Positions 1 to 10,027 are shown, numbered from the stretch's first letter. The stretch: DNA of 64,000 nt from Dehalococcoidia bacterium (GCA_041300405.1 JBGLNK010000001.1:1418545-1482544); one strand, 5' to 3'. Made by a program: numbers and translations. Notes: a model not told the origin generated them from the letters alone.

Positions 1-264
1 CTGAAAACTGTCATACTGAAGGAGCGCCGATCGCATCGGCAGCGACTGAAGTATCTCGGGGTGGAGCTGAACTGATGCTAAATCCACCCCACACCGAGAG
101 GTTTCGCTGCGCTCAACATGACAATTCAGCCTTTTCGGACAGCCTCAAGCTGCCGACTTTTCCTTATTCTTTCCACCCTACGCCGGAGGGGGACTAAGGC
201 TAAAGACGCTATTGTATTGTGCCAACGATAGCAACCGGAAAAAGTTCCCCTTTAACGATTGACG

Positions 265-293
265 TTGCCTGAAAGCCGCTTCTTTGCTATACT
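265..293 (+). promoter_or_regulatory. putative sigma70-type promoter for tRNA-Glu
   Basis: TTGCCT (265-270), 17-nt spacer, TATACT (288-293); tRNA 5' end is 11 nt downstream. Confidence 0.4.
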
Positions 294-303
294 TAACTGG
301 TAC

Positions 304-379
304 GCCCCCATCGTCTAGTGGCCTAGGACACTGGCCTTTCACGCCGGCAACAGCGGTTCGAATCCGCTTGGGGGTACCA
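304..379 (+). tRNA. tRNA-Glu (anticodon UUC), CCA encoded
   Basis: Cloverleaf folded by eye: acceptor GCCCCCA/TGGGGGT, anticodon stem CTGGC/GCCGG with loop CTTTCAC, T-arm AGCGG-TTCGAAT-CCGCT, then ACCA. Confidence 0.9.
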
Positions 380-526
380 ACAATCTTTCTTGCGCTTCAT
401 TTACCACTCCTAAAATAATAATATTGAGAGAATTAGTCATTTTTTATAAGAAGTGCTATACTTTTTGTAATTATTGTTTCCCCGGGAACCTAAAAATTCA
501 AAGTTTAATTATCAGGAGAGAATACA

Positions 527-1903
527 ATGGTAATGAACAGCATAGCGGGAATGCAGCCGGCTCTGCCCGAAAACTGGGCGCAAATGACCCCCGAACAGAA
601 AAGACAATACAGACTCGATAAGTATCTTAACGCCGAAGGCGTTAAATTCGTTAGCGAAGAAGCGAAAAAGAACTATAAAATCAGAGCCCAGCGGATGGTG
701 GATGTATATAACATAAAAGAACCCGATAGAGTACCGTACGCCCTGCCTACAGCGAGCTTACCGCTGGAAATGGCGGGCATTAATATGAATACCGCGATGT
801 ATGATTATGAAAAAGCCCTCCAGGCCTATGCGAATTTTAATGAAAAATATTCTGCAGAACTGGAATTTTATGCTAATCCGATGATATTCCCCGGAAACGT
901 GCTGGAGTTACTCGATTATAAAATTTACGCCTGGCCGGGACACGGCATACCGGCAACCGCTCCCGGATGGCAATATATCGAGGGAGAGTACATGAAAGCG
1001 GAGGAGTACGACGATCTTATCCGCGACCCTTCCGATTTCTGGCTCAGGACATACCTGCCGCGCGTCTTTGGCGTGTTTGAAGGTTTCAAAGCTTTCGGGC
1101 CGCTGACAGGAATTACCGAGAACGTCCACATCCCGTATTTTACGCCGCTGGCTTCGCCAAAGATGCAGGAATCTCTGCAGCGCATGATAGATATAGGGAA
1201 GGAATACCAGAGACTGGCAAAAATAGGCGCGCAATTCATGGGACAGGGGGTTGCCCGCGGGTTCCCGGTAACGCCGGCCTCTTTCGGCAAGGCTCCTTTC
1301 GATACCCTGGGCGACACGCTTAGGGGCACGAAGGGCATCATCGAAGATATGTTCCGAAGACCTCAAAAACTGCTGAAAGCGCTGGATGTCATCGCCGATT
1401 TATCTATTAACGAAGTCCTTAAATCGCCCAATTTCCCAAGGCTTGTCCAGGTTCATTACCCCCTGCATAAAGGCGCCGACGGCTGGATGTCTGAAAAGCA
1501 GTTCGATACATTCTACTGGCCGTCCCTGAAAAAGATGATGGACGCTTTTATCAACGAGGGACTTATCCAGAGCCATTTTGCGGAGGGCAGTTATAATACC
1601 CGCCTGCATAAGGTGGACCAGTTCCCCAAGGGAACGGTAGTCTGGTATTTTGACCGGACAGATATGTTCGAAGCGAAGAAGAAGCTCGGCGCTAACTGCT
1701 GTATCCAGGGTAACGTGCCCGCTTCTTTGTTACTAACGGGTACGGCGAAAGACGTTAAAGAATACTGCCGTAAACTTATTGTCGAATGCGGAAAAGGCGG
1801 CGGCTATATTCTTTCGGCCGGTAACGCCGGCGGGACCCCGCCGATGGCCAACCTGAAGGCGATGGTGGAGGCCGTGAAAGAGTACGGCGTTTATAGAAAA
1901 TAG
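527..1903 (+). CDS. uroporphyrinogen decarboxylase (URO-D) family protein, MtaA/CmuA-like
   Basis: AGGAGA RBS before ATG; C-terminal block GNVPASLLL...GGYILSAGNAGG...NLKAMVEAVKEYG is typical of the URO-D/methylcobamide methyltransferase fold. Confidence 0.75.
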   Translation: MVMNSIAGMQPALPENWAQMTPEQKRQYRLDKYLNAEGVKFVSEEAKKNYKIRAQRMVDVYNIKEPDRVPYALPTASLPLEMAGINMNTAMYDYEKALQAYANFNEKYSAELEFYANPMIFPGNVLELLDYKIYAWPGHGIPATAPGWQYIEGEYMKAEEYDDLIRDPSDFWLRTYLPRVFGVFEGFKAFGPLTGITENVHIPYFTPLASPKMQESLQRMIDIGKEYQRLAKIGAQFMGQGVARGFPVTPASFGKAPFDTLGDTLRGTKGIIEDMFRRPQKLLKALDVIADLSINEVLKSPNFPRLVQVHYPLHKGADGWMSEKQFDTFYWPSLKKMMDAFINEGLIQSHFAEGSYNTRLHKVDQFPKGTVVWYFDRTDMFEAKKKLGANCCIQGNVPASLLLTGTAKDVKEYCRKLIVECGKGGGYILSAGNAGGTPPMANLKAMVEAVKEYGVYRK

Positions 1904-1927
1904 CTGCCGGAAATAATATTCTTAAAT

Positions 1928-2416
1928 ATGGTAGAGATAATAAGGCTGCCGCCGGACAGGTGGCAGGATTTTCAATCTCTGCGCATGGAGGCGCTTAAAA
2001 GCGATCCTGCAGCTTTTGGAAGAGCCTACGAAGAAGAAGTAATATACAAGCAGGAGTTATGGCAAAGAAGAATCGGCAGCGTGATATTTGCCGTTAATGA
2101 TAATCAACCTGTGGGGATGGTCGGTTATTATTTCAATGAAATGGTGAAAAACAAGCATGTCGCGAACATATACGGAATGTATGTAAATAAAGCCTTCCGG
2201 AACCAAGGAATAGGCGGGCAATTATTATCTATCGCTATCACCAGCATAAAAGAAAAAAATGAAATTTTAAAGATCAAGTTATCTGTTAATCCGGCACAGA
2301 AATCAGCAGTAAAATTATATAATAGATTTGGTTTTACGAGTATCGGTACCTCTCGTAAAGAATATAACGATAACGGGAACTTTTCCGACGAAGTGCTTAT
2401 GGAAAAGTTCATCTGA
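1928..2416 (+). CDS. GNAT family N-acetyltransferase
   Basis: 162 aa; acetyl-CoA binding motif FRNQGIGGQLL (Q/RxxGxG) and GNAT-like length. Confidence 0.8.
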   Translation: MVEIIRLPPDRWQDFQSLRMEALKSDPAAFGRAYEEEVIYKQELWQRRIGSVIFAVNDNQPVGMVGYYFNEMVKNKHVANIYGMYVNKAFRNQGIGGQLLSIAITSIKEKNEILKIKLSVNPAQKSAVKLYNRFGFTSIGTSRKEYNDNGNFSDEVLMEKFI

Positions 2417-2440
2417 ACCTTAAAATAATTAGAACCATAA

Positions 2441-2522
2441 TCTCCCCCTCACCCCCGTATCGGAGTATGGGGCAGGCTTAATCCGACTGCGAGTCGGCCC
2501 TCTCCCTCGGTTGGGAGAGGAG
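2441..2522. repeat. cluster of short intergenic hairpins (CCTCTCCC/GGGAGAGG type)
   Basis: Hairpins CCGACT-GCG-AGTCGG (2483-2497) and CCTCTCCC-TCGGTT-GGGAGAGG (2499-2520); related motifs recur at 9323-9369, 15141-15169, 19290-19312, 20715-20822. Confidence 0.7.
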
Positions 2523-3431
2523 ATTTACAGGTATATTTTGGAGCATTCGCTGGAATTTCTTTTCCACCCTAAATCCGTAGCTATTGTAGGCGCCTCGGAG
2601 AACCCGACGACCTACGGTTATTCCTTTATGCAGCATATGCTCAGCTACGGGTTCCGCGGCAAGATTTATCCCATTAATCCCAAGTTACAGGAAATAGCCG
2701 GAGTTAAAGCCTACCCCAGTCTCGAAGCCGTCCCCGGCAACATAGATTATGTCATCCATCTTATCGGCGTGAATAATGCGCCGGATATATTACGACAAGC
2801 CGCCGGCAAAGGCGCAAAAGCGGTGCATATTCTGGCCGGACGGGCCGGGGAAACGGGGCGTCCCGAAGGCAAGGAACTTGAAGCGGAAATCTTGAAACAC
2901 GCCCGGGAATACGGCATCAGGGTGCTGGGACCGAATTGCCTGGGGGTTTTCTGCCCCGGGTCAGGATTATCCTTCGGATATGAGTTCCCAAAAGAACCGG
3001 GCAAGGTAGGCGCGCTGATACAAAGCGGCGGCAACTCAACCGACCTGATGCACATATCATCTCTCCGGGGAATCCGCTTCAGTAAAGTCGTCAGCTACGG
3101 CAACGCGCTGGATATTAATGAAACCGACCTTTTACGCTACTTCATCGATGACTCCGAAACAGAAATTATTTTGAGCTACATCGAAGGATTGAGGAGCAGC
3201 AGCCGGGAATACTTCGAACTGGTAAGGCAGGCCACCGCTAAGAAACCAGTCGTCATTCTAAAAGGCGGACGGACGGCAGTTGGCTCAAGACTGGCATTGT
3301 CACATACCGGCTCAATGGCAGGCTCGGTAAATCTCTGGGAAACAGCCATCAGGCAAGCTGGCGCGGTGCCGGCAAAGAACCTGGACCAGATGGTGAACAT
3401 GGCCGTCGCTTTTTATTTTGTGTCGACATAG
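2511..3431 (+). pseudogene. CoA-binding / ADP-forming acyl-CoA synthetase alpha-type protein, 3'-truncated
   Basis: N-terminus HPKSVAIVGASENPTTYGY and LGPNCLG motifs; ORF stops at 306 aa where homologs continue into the ligase/ATP-grasp part; start codon uncertain (TTG 2511 or 2538). Confidence 0.6.
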
Positions 3432-4168
3432 AGCACCTGCCCGGTAATAAAATCAGAGGCGGCAGAAGCGAAGAAAACCGCCGCGCCCAGCAGGTCTTCC
3501 GGCTCCTCGCGGCGCTGTAAGGTCTGTTCGGAGGTTGCCAGTTTGAAAGTCCCGTCGCTGTCCCGCTGTCCCAGGCTGGCTTCGGTGGTGGTATATCCGG
3601 GGGCAATAGCGTTTACATTGATGCCGGAGCCGCCGAGAGCCCGCGCCATGGCATGGGTAAAGGTATAAATAGTTCCCTTGGAGCAGGCATAGGGCAGAAA
3701 GACCTGCGCCGCAGGCACCTGCGGCACGTTGGAGGCGATGTTGATGATCTTGCCCTTGCCGGCTTTTGTCATTAGCGGGGCGATGGCTTTGCAACACAGC
3801 CAGGTGCCGATGACATTCACCTTAAAAATACGTTCCCAGTCAGCTACCGTCCAGGCATCCCAGGGCGTGATATTCAAGCCGTACCAGATAGCGGCATTAT
3901 TTACCAGAATATCTACTTTACCGTATTTTTTTATCACTTCCCCGGCCATCTTGTTCACAGATTTTTCATCAGAGATATCCGTGAGCGAGGCGGCAGCCTC
4001 ACCACCCATGGCTCGTATCTCCTTCACGGTTTCTTCGGCGCGTTCCAGGCTGATATCCGGCAGGAATAATCTGGCTCCCTCTTCGGCATATTTCAGCGCG
4101 AAGGCTTTTCCCAATCCGCGCCCTCCCCCGGTGATAACAGCTACTTTATCCTTTAATGCGGCTGACAT
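3413..4168 (-). CDS. SDR family oxidoreductase (FabG-like); C-terminus probably clipped by a few residues
   Basis: TGGGRGLG cofactor motif, YACSK catalytic motif; ends ...ITGQVLYVDTK where SDRs normally read VDGG plus a few residues. Confidence 0.8.
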   Translation of the reverse strand: MSAALKDKVAVITGGGRGLGKAFALKYAEEGARLFLPDISLERAEETVKEIRAMGGEAAASLTDISDEKSVNKMAGEVIKKYGKVDILVNNAAIWYGLNITPWDAWTVADWERIFKVNVIGTWLCCKAIAPLMTKAGKGKIINIASNVPQVPAAQVFLPYACSKGTIYTFTHAMARALGGSGINVNAIAPGYTTTEASLGQRDSDGTFKLATSEQTLQRREEPEDLLGAAVFFASAASDFITGQVLYVDTK

Positions 4169-4317
4169 GTCTTCCTCCTAAAATAATGGTGCCGGTAAAA
4201 AGTCCGGCTTAGGAAAATCTACACTACCATCTGGGGTATGTCAAGCTAGAGCGCGAATTAAAAATTAAGAGGGGGAAAATCCCCCTCTTAAAAACAGCAG
4301 CCGGAGTAGTATTGGAT

Positions 4318-6858
4318 TTACTTACTCATATTCGGCGCTGCAGTCTGGTACAATGCCTCTTCGATGGATTCCCGGCGCAGCTTGATAAATACTTCCACCA
4401 GTTCCGGGTCAAACTGCGTGCCGGAGCAGCGCTCTAATTCTTTAAGGGCTTCTTCTTCGTTCATCCCGCGCGTTTTATAGTTACGCTCGGATTTCATGGC
4501 ATCATAAGAATCAGCGATGGTCATTATGCGCGCATCCAGCGGAATATCTTTGCCTTTCAGCCCCTTGGGATAGCCCTGTCCGTCATACCTTTCATGATGG
4601 TACAGGATAGCGTCGATGCAGTCCCGCAAACCGACGACGTACTTGATAATATCCAGGGCTAACTGCGGGTGATTTTTAATCGTTTCCCACTCTTCATTAG
4701 TCAGCGGGCCGCGCTTGGTCAGGATGCTGTCGGGCAGATTAAGTTTTCCGATGTCGTGGAGTAAAGACGCCGCCCGTATACGCCGTATCCCGTCTTTTTC
4801 ATAGCCAATGGCTTTGGCAAGTTCGGCGGCATATTTACAAACCAGCTTTGAATGACCGTAAGTATAGTGATCTCTGGCATCAACGGTGGAAGCCAGTGAA
4901 TAAACAATATTATCAACGGCCGCGTTATTATCGATATTGATCATAGTTTCCGGCTGCTCGGATTCGATAATATCGATTTCATTAGCGGCAACAACACGAT
5001 TGCGCCCGGCCTGCTTGGCCGCATATACCGCTTTGTCGGCTGCCTGGATAATCGAGTTCCGGGCAACGCCATCGATACGCCAGCAGGAAACGCCGATGCT
5101 GCAGGTGAGCGTGATGCCTTTATTGCTCATGCAGGTTTCCACCTTGCCGCGAATGCGTTCGCCGACGACCTTGGCGGCTTCACCGGCGGTCTTTCTCAGG
5201 ATAACTGCGAACTCGTCGCCGCCGTACCTCGCACCGATGTCCGTATCCCTGATGGACGCCTTGATAATCTTGCCGACTTCCTTCAATATTTCATCGCCCA
5301 GGGCGTGACCGTAAATATCATTATAGGTCTTGAAGAAATCGAGGTCGATGAAAAGCAAGGAAAAATCATCGCCTGAAACGGCGCAGTTTTCAATCTCCTG
5401 GTTATATTTGTCCTGGAAACTGCGGTGATTATGCAAGCCGGTCAGACCATCGATATCCGCCTGTTCCCGGGCGTTAGCGTAAATTTGCGCATTTTCTATC
5501 GCTACGGCGGATTCATTAGCCAGCATCGTCACCAGGTCAACGTCATCACGGGAGTAGCTGCCCTTGCCCTGTTTCTTGCTTAGAGCCAGAATGGCAACCA
5601 ATCTCTTCTTGGAAATAACGGGGCATAAAATCTCTACCTGGAAGGTACTGAGAGCTTCCCTGTCCTCCACGGTAAGCTGTTTAAAGCGGGGCTCCTTTTC
5701 CATCGCCTCGACGGAAAGCGGTATGCCGCCGCTGATAAGCCATTTAATCATCAGGCTTTCAGATGCTATCATTATCGGGGCGATTTGATCTTCCTCATTG
5801 AGCCGGGCTACAAACTTGGTTGAATAGTAATCATTAAAAGGCAGCAGCATCGCTACCTGCCTGGCGCGGATTGTTTTGGCCAGGGGTTTCATCAATTCGT
5901 TAGCGATTTCTTTGATGCTGATAAAGGTGCTGACCTTGGCTGCAAAGGAAAGCAGCAGCTGGCGGTTGACGTAGCGGCTGCCGTAAAACAATCTGTCCGC
6001 CGCTTTATCCAGCGCCGATTTAATCCAGTTGAAAAGATAGGCGAAAAGTACAACCAGCACAATCGTCGCCGGGATGCCCATTTGAGGAGGCAGCAGGCGC
6101 AGCAGATTGCTTAAAACCAGCAGCAGTGTCAGATAAGCCAGGGTCATACATACCGTCACACCTGTATAGACCACCCATTTTCTCATCAAGACCTGGATAT
6201 CAAGCAGGCGGTATCTCATCAGCGTATAGGCAACGATAATAGCGTTTACAGTATAACCGGCCTGCGCTACCGCGTAAGGAATTTCCTGTACCATATACTT
6301 GAGAAGCCCCGCGACGACCATGACTATGGACCCGGCCAGCAGGTAGGCCGCCCGGTTCTTTTCTTCAGGTTCAGTGGCTTTCTTGAGCAGTTTATAAAGG
6401 TAGAACAATATGGCAACGCCGGCGGCGTCATTACCGATTACCAGGGCGTTGATTGCGTACCCATAATACGCGGAAAGATTATCGTTACCCAGGATGTTCA
6501 AACCCTGTATCATGTAACCCAAAGCTAAAACAACCAGCGTTACACCCAGCCAGGCATAGCCTAACTTCCTGATTTTGCCGGTATTTTTTTGCGCGTAAGA
6601 AGCCAAGAAACATGCGTATGCGACAAGCATCCACGTGGAAAATAGAATTACCGCAAGTTTCCAGAATACCAACTGCTCGTAAGGCAGACTGAAGTTGGTC
6701 AGCAGGCCGGCCAGGCTAATCCCCGCAGCAGCGATTAATAATGTGATGAACAGGTTTTTCAGGGCGACCTTTTTAGAGCAAAGCACCAGTGAAATAAGTA
6801 CGGCATAAATTACAAGGCTGCCGAACTGAAAAATACTCTGGGCGTTGAGCTGGAACAT
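4318..6858 (-). CDS. membrane sensor with GAF-like, GGDEF (diguanylate cyclase) and HD-GYP (c-di-GMP phosphodiesterase) domains
   Basis: About 8 N-terminal hydrophobic helices; RYGGDEF with RDTD I-site 5 aa upstream; LLHDIGK and HHERYDGQGYP motifs. Confidence 0.85.
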   Translation of the reverse strand: MFQLNAQSIFQFGSLVIYAVLISLVLCSKKVALKNLFITLLIAAAGISLAGLLTNFSLPYEQLVFWKLAVILFSTWMLVAYACFLASYAQKNTGKIRKLGYAWLGVTLVVLALGYMIQGLNILGNDNLSAYYGYAINALVIGNDAAGVAILFYLYKLLKKATEPEEKNRAAYLLAGSIVMVVAGLLKYMVQEIPYAVAQAGYTVNAIIVAYTLMRYRLLDIQVLMRKWVVYTGVTVCMTLAYLTLLLVLSNLLRLLPPQMGIPATIVLVVLFAYLFNWIKSALDKAADRLFYGSRYVNRQLLLSFAAKVSTFISIKEIANELMKPLAKTIRARQVAMLLPFNDYYSTKFVARLNEEDQIAPIMIASESLMIKWLISGGIPLSVEAMEKEPRFKQLTVEDREALSTFQVEILCPVISKKRLVAILALSKKQGKGSYSRDDVDLVTMLANESAVAIENAQIYANAREQADIDGLTGLHNHRSFQDKYNQEIENCAVSGDDFSLLFIDLDFFKTYNDIYGHALGDEILKEVGKIIKASIRDTDIGARYGGDEFAVILRKTAGEAAKVVGERIRGKVETCMSNKGITLTCSIGVSCWRIDGVARNSIIQAADKAVYAAKQAGRNRVVAANEIDIIESEQPETMINIDNNAAVDNIVYSLASTVDARDHYTYGHSKLVCKYAAELAKAIGYEKDGIRRIRAASLLHDIGKLNLPDSILTKRGPLTNEEWETIKNHPQLALDIIKYVVGLRDCIDAILYHHERYDGQGYPKGLKGKDIPLDARIMTIADSYDAMKSERNYKTRGMNEEEALKELERCSGTQFDPELVEVFIKLRRESIEEALYQTAAPNMSK

Positions 6859-6887
6859 AACTCTCCTTTACTTTCCCACCGAATCTA

Positions 6888-7865
6888 TCAGCTTTGCCGG
6901 CGCATTATCAGCAGCACTATGCCTATCAGCAGCAGGAAACAGCCGACGCTTATCCACCGGGTTAGCTTGTCATATTGCGCAATCCCGGACCATGAGAATC
7001 CCTGGTCAGGAGATTTTTCTTTCTTAGCCAAGGGCACTATTGTCTTAGTATTATCCTCAGACGCTGTCTTAATATTTGCAGTATCCGCGGAATTTTCCAC
7101 TACCGAGGCCAACGCCTGATTGGATTCGTCAGCCCGCAGGAGCAGACCTTCGATGACGTTATAGTGAAGTTTCAACAGGGTATCCTTGGCCGCGGTTATA
7201 TTACAGGACTCAATGCTCATGAAGACGCTTTTCCCTCCGATGATACCTTCAACGGTTACTTCACCGGTGGCGTCAGTGATGCCGCGTAAAGTCAGGGTAT
7301 ATTCGCCGGCTTCAGGCTCACGTATACGTATCGTCTGGCCTGATTCTCCAATCGCAGAAACGGTGGAGCCGGAAATCTGGTTCACTTTCGCGCCGCTCTT
7401 GAGATACCCGATGCTCGCGCCGTCAGGGTTTTCTACCATGCCGAGTGCATACTGATTGATTTTAATTACCAGTTCATTATCGGCCTGAGGTATTGCTGCG
7501 GGAGCGGATGGTTTTTCATTTGGTTTTACTTCCGTCATCTTTCCGGCGGGCACCTGGACCTCGGTTCCTCCGGCGCTGACACCTACCTTACCTTCAGTGG
7601 TCTGAACCGTGGTTATCCCGGCTTCATCTACTTCCGTAGAAAATAGCGTGCCGTGAACGGTGATATCTGCCGTTCCTGTTTTTATCTGAAAACTGGCTTT
7701 GCCGTCAGCTTTATCAACCTGGTTCCAGGTCTTGCCGGTTTGCTGTTTCAACACTATCGCATAAGGCTGGGCGCCCTGGCTTTCCTGAATCCGGTCGATA
7801 ATCAAATCCGTCCCGGGTTCCAGTTTGGTGGTGGTGCCCCGGGTAAAAGTAATAACCCAAAAGCG
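6888..7865 (-). pseudogene. FecR-domain-like protein with C-terminal membrane anchor, apparently 5'-truncated
   Basis: Frame stays open 60 nt upstream of the TTG at 7805 (..ITFTRGTTTKLEPGTD..) to a stop at 7866-7868; no signal peptide or ATG; C-terminal TM WISVGCFLLLIGIVLLIM. Confidence 0.5.
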
Positions 7866-8440
7866 TCACGGCTCTCGATATCTCTTCAGAGATGCTGAAA
7901 CGTTTGAAAATTAACGCCGAGAAAATCGGCCTGGATAATATCCAATACCTGAACTCCGCGTGGCAGGACGCATTTACCGGCAAGCAGGTAAAGAGCCATG
8001 ATGTCGTGGTCGCTTCCCGCTCGCTGATGTCAGGCGACATGAAAGGCGCCCTATCCCATGTCAACGCCATCGCCGGACAGGCGGCTTACGTTACTTTCCC
8101 GATTGTCCACCTTCCTTTCGACTTCGAAGTCTACAAGGCCATTGGCAGAGGCCGGAAAAAGCATCCGCCTTTTATTTATATATACAATATGCTTTTTCAA
8201 ATGGGCATCCAGCCTAATGTCGAGGTCCTCTACTCCAAAGTAAAAGTCCAGTTCCCGAGCGTTGAAGAAGCCATGAGTGATTTACAGTGGCGCACTGACT
8301 CTTTTAGTCAGACTGAAAAGACTAAACTGCGGGCGTTTCTTGAGAGCAAATTCGCCGGGCAAAAGGATTCGGCGGTTTTTACACACGAAGGAAAGTCACA
8401 ATGGGCGCTTATCTGGTGGCGCAGAGACAGCCAGAAATAA
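7856..8440 (+). pseudogene. class I SAM-dependent methyltransferase, 5'-truncated (motif I missing)
   Basis: In-frame upstream sequence VTALDISSEMLKRL is the post-I region; a stop at 7853-7855 precedes it and no GxGxG motif is present. Confidence 0.65.
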
Positions 8441-8468
8441 TGCGCCGTTTTGTCTAATACCAAGAGAT

Positions 8469-9059
8469 CTAGGGAAATAGAATTCCCTGGATCTGGGTTT
8501 TCAATTCCGCTTTGGCGTTTGGATAAAAATACAGGGCGAACCCTTCTTTAATGATAGCCGGGAAAAGTGTATCGCCTAGCGCCATGGCGTTGTTTTTAAC
8601 CGCTGCCTTATAAGCATCGCTTCCTTTATCATACAAATAGAGTTCAAAAGTGCCGCTGCGCGTGGCATACTTATATCCTTCTTTTGCTCCAACGGCCTCG
8701 GCCGCCATCCAGGTTTTCTGGAAATAAACATTCAGTTCATCCAGGCTGTCATCCAATTTTGTGAACGGATCGTTGCTTACGGTCTTTGAGGGAGTCGTGG
8801 AAGTGATTTTAGTTGTTGTAGTCTTTGTGGTGGTAGTAGCTGCTTTAGTGGTGGTAGCTGTCTTGGTGATGGCAGACGTTTTAGTGGTGGTAGTTGATGA
8901 AGCGGCTGTTTTGGTAACAGCGACGCTGGCAGCCTTAGTTGAAGTATCCGGCGCGTTACTGCAACCAGCCGATATCAGCCCAACCAGAAAAACTGCAATG
9001 ACCGCCGCTCCTGCCCGCCATAGTACCCACTTCATTCTGGAATTCCGCCGATGAGCCAT
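8469..9059 (-). CDS. lipoprotein with Thr-rich linker, unknown function
   Basis: Signal peptide plus lipobox LISAGCS; about 50-aa T/A/K low-complexity linker; start taken at MAHRR (9059), MKWVLW (9035) also possible. Confidence 0.6.
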   Translation of the reverse strand: MAHRRNSRMKWVLWRAGAAVIAVFLVGLISAGCSNAPDTSTKAASVAVTKTAASSTTTTKTSAITKTATTTKAATTTTKTTTTKITSTTPSKTVSNDPFTKLDDSLDELNVYFQKTWMAAEAVGAKEGYKYATRSGTFELYLYDKGSDAYKAAVKNNAMALGDTLFPAIIKEGFALYFYPNAKAELKTQIQGILFP

Positions 9060-9230
9060 ATCCTTGCGCTCCTTTTTACCTGGATATTCGTCTCTCAAAG
9101 AATATCCCTTTTTTTCATGCGATGTCAAAATATTTGAGCCGTTTTACTAACGTCCTGGAGGAAAAGTGGATTAAACGCGGAAGCATAAAAAACCGTATTC
9201 CGGGGACCCTGGTTTTACGCCGGAAAAGTT

Positions 9231-9294
9231 TTAACCCTGCGATTTAAAACGGCCGATTTCTTCAGGGGTGTAGACATCGCGGTTGACGGGGTGG
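9231..9294 (-). pseudogene. remnant of the last ~20 codons of a cupin paralog
   Basis: Translates HPVNRDVYTPEEIGRFKSQG* versus HPVNRDVYTPEEIAKFKSGK* at the end of the adjacent gene 9427-9972. Confidence 0.75.
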
Positions 9295-9426
9295 AGTCTC
9301 GATACACGACCTCACCCTCTGTCCCCCTCTCCCCGATTGTCATACGGGGCAGGCCGTAGACAGAGGGGGCAATAGTTGGTAAGGCTGCCAATGTGACCTC
9401 TAGAACTTTTTCCAGAGGTTCCCTGA
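9295..9426. repeat. hairpin element between the cupin gene and its 3' remnant
   Basis: Nested stem CCCCCTCT(9323-9330)/AGAGGGGG(9362-9369) enclosing CCCCG/CGGGG. Confidence 0.6.
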
Positions 9427-9945
9427 TCATTTCCCGGACTTGAACTTCGCTATCTCTTCCGGCGTATAGACATCACGGTTGACGGGGTGGCCGGTAGTTA
9501 AATCGCCTTTGGAGCGGGAATAGCCCGTCGCCGAGCAGATGTGCATGAACATCACGGGTTTGGTCACCTTGCGGAAGTAGACGGGGCAGTGCATCATTCC
9601 CTTCGGGACGTAGACAATCGAAGTGGTGTTGATAAAGTGCATCTCGTCCTCGTCGCCCAGGGCGATTTCCGCCTCCGCTCCGAAGTCGTAAAAATTCATG
9701 GGGTTGCCGCCGAGGAAGTATAAAAGCTCGTCGTAGTCGTGGGCGTGTTTGGCGCTGATGACGGACGGCTCGGAGATGGTAAAAATCGTCACCTCATTGG
9801 GAAAGCCGGGGAAATTGGAGCCGGGGCAGGGCTGGTCGCCGTTGAGGTGATTCTGGCCGCAAATATGGACCTGTGGGGAAAGCCGTCCCCTGACAATGGG
9901 TTCACGGATAACATATTTGCCGTATTTATAGCTCATGTCCGCCAT
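9427..9945 (-). CDS. cupin-fold protein, unknown function
   Basis: HAHDYDELLYFLGG matches cupin motif 1 (HxHx3Ex6G); start ambiguous (TTG 9972, ATG 9945 or 9936). Confidence 0.6.
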   Translation of the reverse strand: MADMSYKYGKYVIREPIVRGRLSPQVHICGQNHLNGDQPCPGSNFPGFPNEVTIFTISEPSVISAKHAHDYDELLYFLGGNPMNFYDFGAEAEIALGDEDEMHFINTTSIVYVPKGMMHCPVYFRKVTKPVMFMHICSATGYSRSKGDLTTGHPVNRDVYTPEEIAKFKSGK

Positions 9946-10027
9946 TATAACCTGTGAGCCGCGGGCTGTCAAAGCGCCGAGGGCCGGGGTATATTTTCAT
10001 TTGGTATCTCTTACCTATCCCCTTGTT

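Noticed and set aside
3422-3427. Restriction sites exactly at junctions (GTCGAC at 3422-3427, AAGCTT at 47977-47982), suggesting cloning scars
   Set aside because: Only 2 of at least 12 junctions have one. Any palindromic hexamer within a few nt of a given point is expected in roughly one case in six to ten, so this is compatible with chance.
8790-8960. Tandem-repeat-looking stretch (GTGGTAGT / GGTGGTAG units)
   Set aside because: It is the coding sequence of the Thr/Ala/Lys-rich linker of the lipoprotein 8469-9059 (ACC/ACT codon runs), not a noncoding satellite.
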